A DNA stretch of 64,000 nt from an uncultured delta proteobacterium (GTDB taxonomy: Bacteria > Myxococcota > Myxococcia > Myxococcales > Myxococcaceae): positions 257,186-321,185 of the forward strand of contig CAVZMH010000017.1 in NCBI GenBank assembly GCA_963776345.1, read 5' to 3'. Position 1 is the first letter of the stretch; each line of letters starts with the position of its first letter. A program made the position numbers and the translations under genes. Below are positions 63,173 to 64,000 of the stretch, piece by piece. Under the pieces are notes generated by a model. It was not told the DNA's origin. It ran no database searches and worked only from the letters and a program-made list of their open reading frames with translations.

Positions 63173-64000
63173 TCGCCGCCCTCCTCTCGGTCGCCCTGCT
63201 CGGCGCCGGCGCGGACCCCGGTCCGCTCCGGATGCTCGGGCCGGCGCCGAGGGGAGAGGCGCGCCGGGTGGTGACGCTCGCCCCGTCGCTCACCGACGTG
63301 GTCCTCGCCCTCGGGGCGGCGGACCGCCTGGTGGGCGTGTCCCGCTTCGACGAGCGTCCCGAGGTCTCGCGGCTGCCGCGGGTGGGCGGCTTCGTCGACC
63401 CGAGCGTGGAGGCGGTGATGGCCCTCCACCCGGACCTGGTCCTCGCCCAGCCCGGCCCCGGGAACCGCCGGGCGGTGGAGACCATCGCCGAGCTCGGGGC
63501 GCCGGTCCTCCTCCTGCCGCTGGGGACGGTGGCCGACGTGCTCGCCGCCGAGCGCGCCGCGGGCAAGGCGCTGGGACGGGCCGAGCAGGGCGAGGCGCTG
63601 GCCCGGGAGCTCGAGTCGACCCGCGCGCGCATCCGGGAGCGGGCGCGGGCCCGGTCACCGGTGCGGGTGCTGCTGGTCTACGGCTTCGAGCCGCTGGTGG
63701 TGGCCGGCCCCGGCGGCTTCGCCGACGAGCTACTGGCCGACGCCGGGGCGGTGAACGTCGCCGCCGACGCGGCGAGCCCCTACCCGGTCTACTCGGTGGA
63801 GCGGGCGCTCCGGAGCCGGCCGGAGGTCATCCTCGACGCGGCCGACACGGCGGCGGGGCGGGACCGGCTCCGGGCGCTGCCCGGCCTGCACGAGGCCCGC
63901 TGGGCCGAGGTGCCCGGGCAGGCGCTCCTCCACCCGGGCCCGGCGCTCGGGCGAGGCCTGGAGCAGCTCTTCCAGCTCCTGCACCCGGAGGCGGCGCCAT
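63169..64000 (+). CDS. btuF: Cobalamin ABC transporter periplasmic binding protein (3' end at window edge)
   Basis: GTGA overlap; 'RVVTLAPSLTDVVLALGAADRLVGVSRFD..RVGGFVDPSVEAVMALHPDLVLA'; missing from the ORF track because the stop lies outside the window. Confidence 0.85.
   Translation, partial: MIAALLSVALLGAGADPGPLRMLGPAPRGEARRVVTLAPSLTDVVLALGAADRLVGVSRFDERPEVSRLPRVGGFVDPSVEAVMALHPDLVLAQPGPGNRRAVETIAELGAPVLLLPLGTVADVLAAERAAGKALGRAEQGEALARELESTRARIRERARARSPVRVLLVYGFEPLVVAGPGGFADELLADAGAVNVAADAASPYPVYSVERALRSRPEVILDAADTAAGRDRLRALPGLHEARWAEVPGQALLHPGPALGRGLEQLFQLLHPEAAP

Overview
Very GC-rich (roughly 70%+) chromosomal segment, most likely from a myxobacterium (Myxococcota). The backbone resembles the Myxococcus sofG-dif-sglK region as I recall it. 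In order, it holds a dinG end, a LytS/LytTR locus, a GNAT, an MglA/SofG-like GTPase coupled to a PocR histidine kinase, thiL, an NDP-sugar epimerase, a Dif chemosensory operon (difA,C,D,E,G), larB-larC, grpE-dnaK and an accessory block of lipoprotein/membrane genes. It continues with livKHMGF, hsp20, thpR, an amidohydrolase, proS, two paralogous lipoproteins, a REC-DUF4388-like regulator, a Ni-transporter-like gene, nagZ, an orphan sdhC-like gene, gshB, an OmpA/MotB protein, a Ser/Thr kinase-TPR gene, a five-gene MoxR operon, a comEA operon, an M13 peptidase and a cobalamin-riboswitch-led B12 uptake operon. I saw no tRNA, rRNA, CRISPR array or transposase. Four genes carry frameshifts, almost all +1, which look like long-read consensus errors. 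The best candidates for undescribed biology are: (1) a kinase / response regulator / catalytically degenerate kinase-paralog triad; (2) a CxxCH-containing beta-propeller next to a lipoprotein with a ZU5/PIDD-like HFSWY autoproteolysis motif; (3) a lipoprotein with a TonB-C-like domain divergent from the B12 riboswitch, plus a Cys-rich BtuG-like lipoprotein; (4) a sigma54-driven small-protein/comEA operon; (5) a four-site palindromic element upstream of the epimerase-dif genes; (6) a multi-stem intergenic structure between livF and hsp20. All calls come from motif recognition by eye, and no database searches were run.
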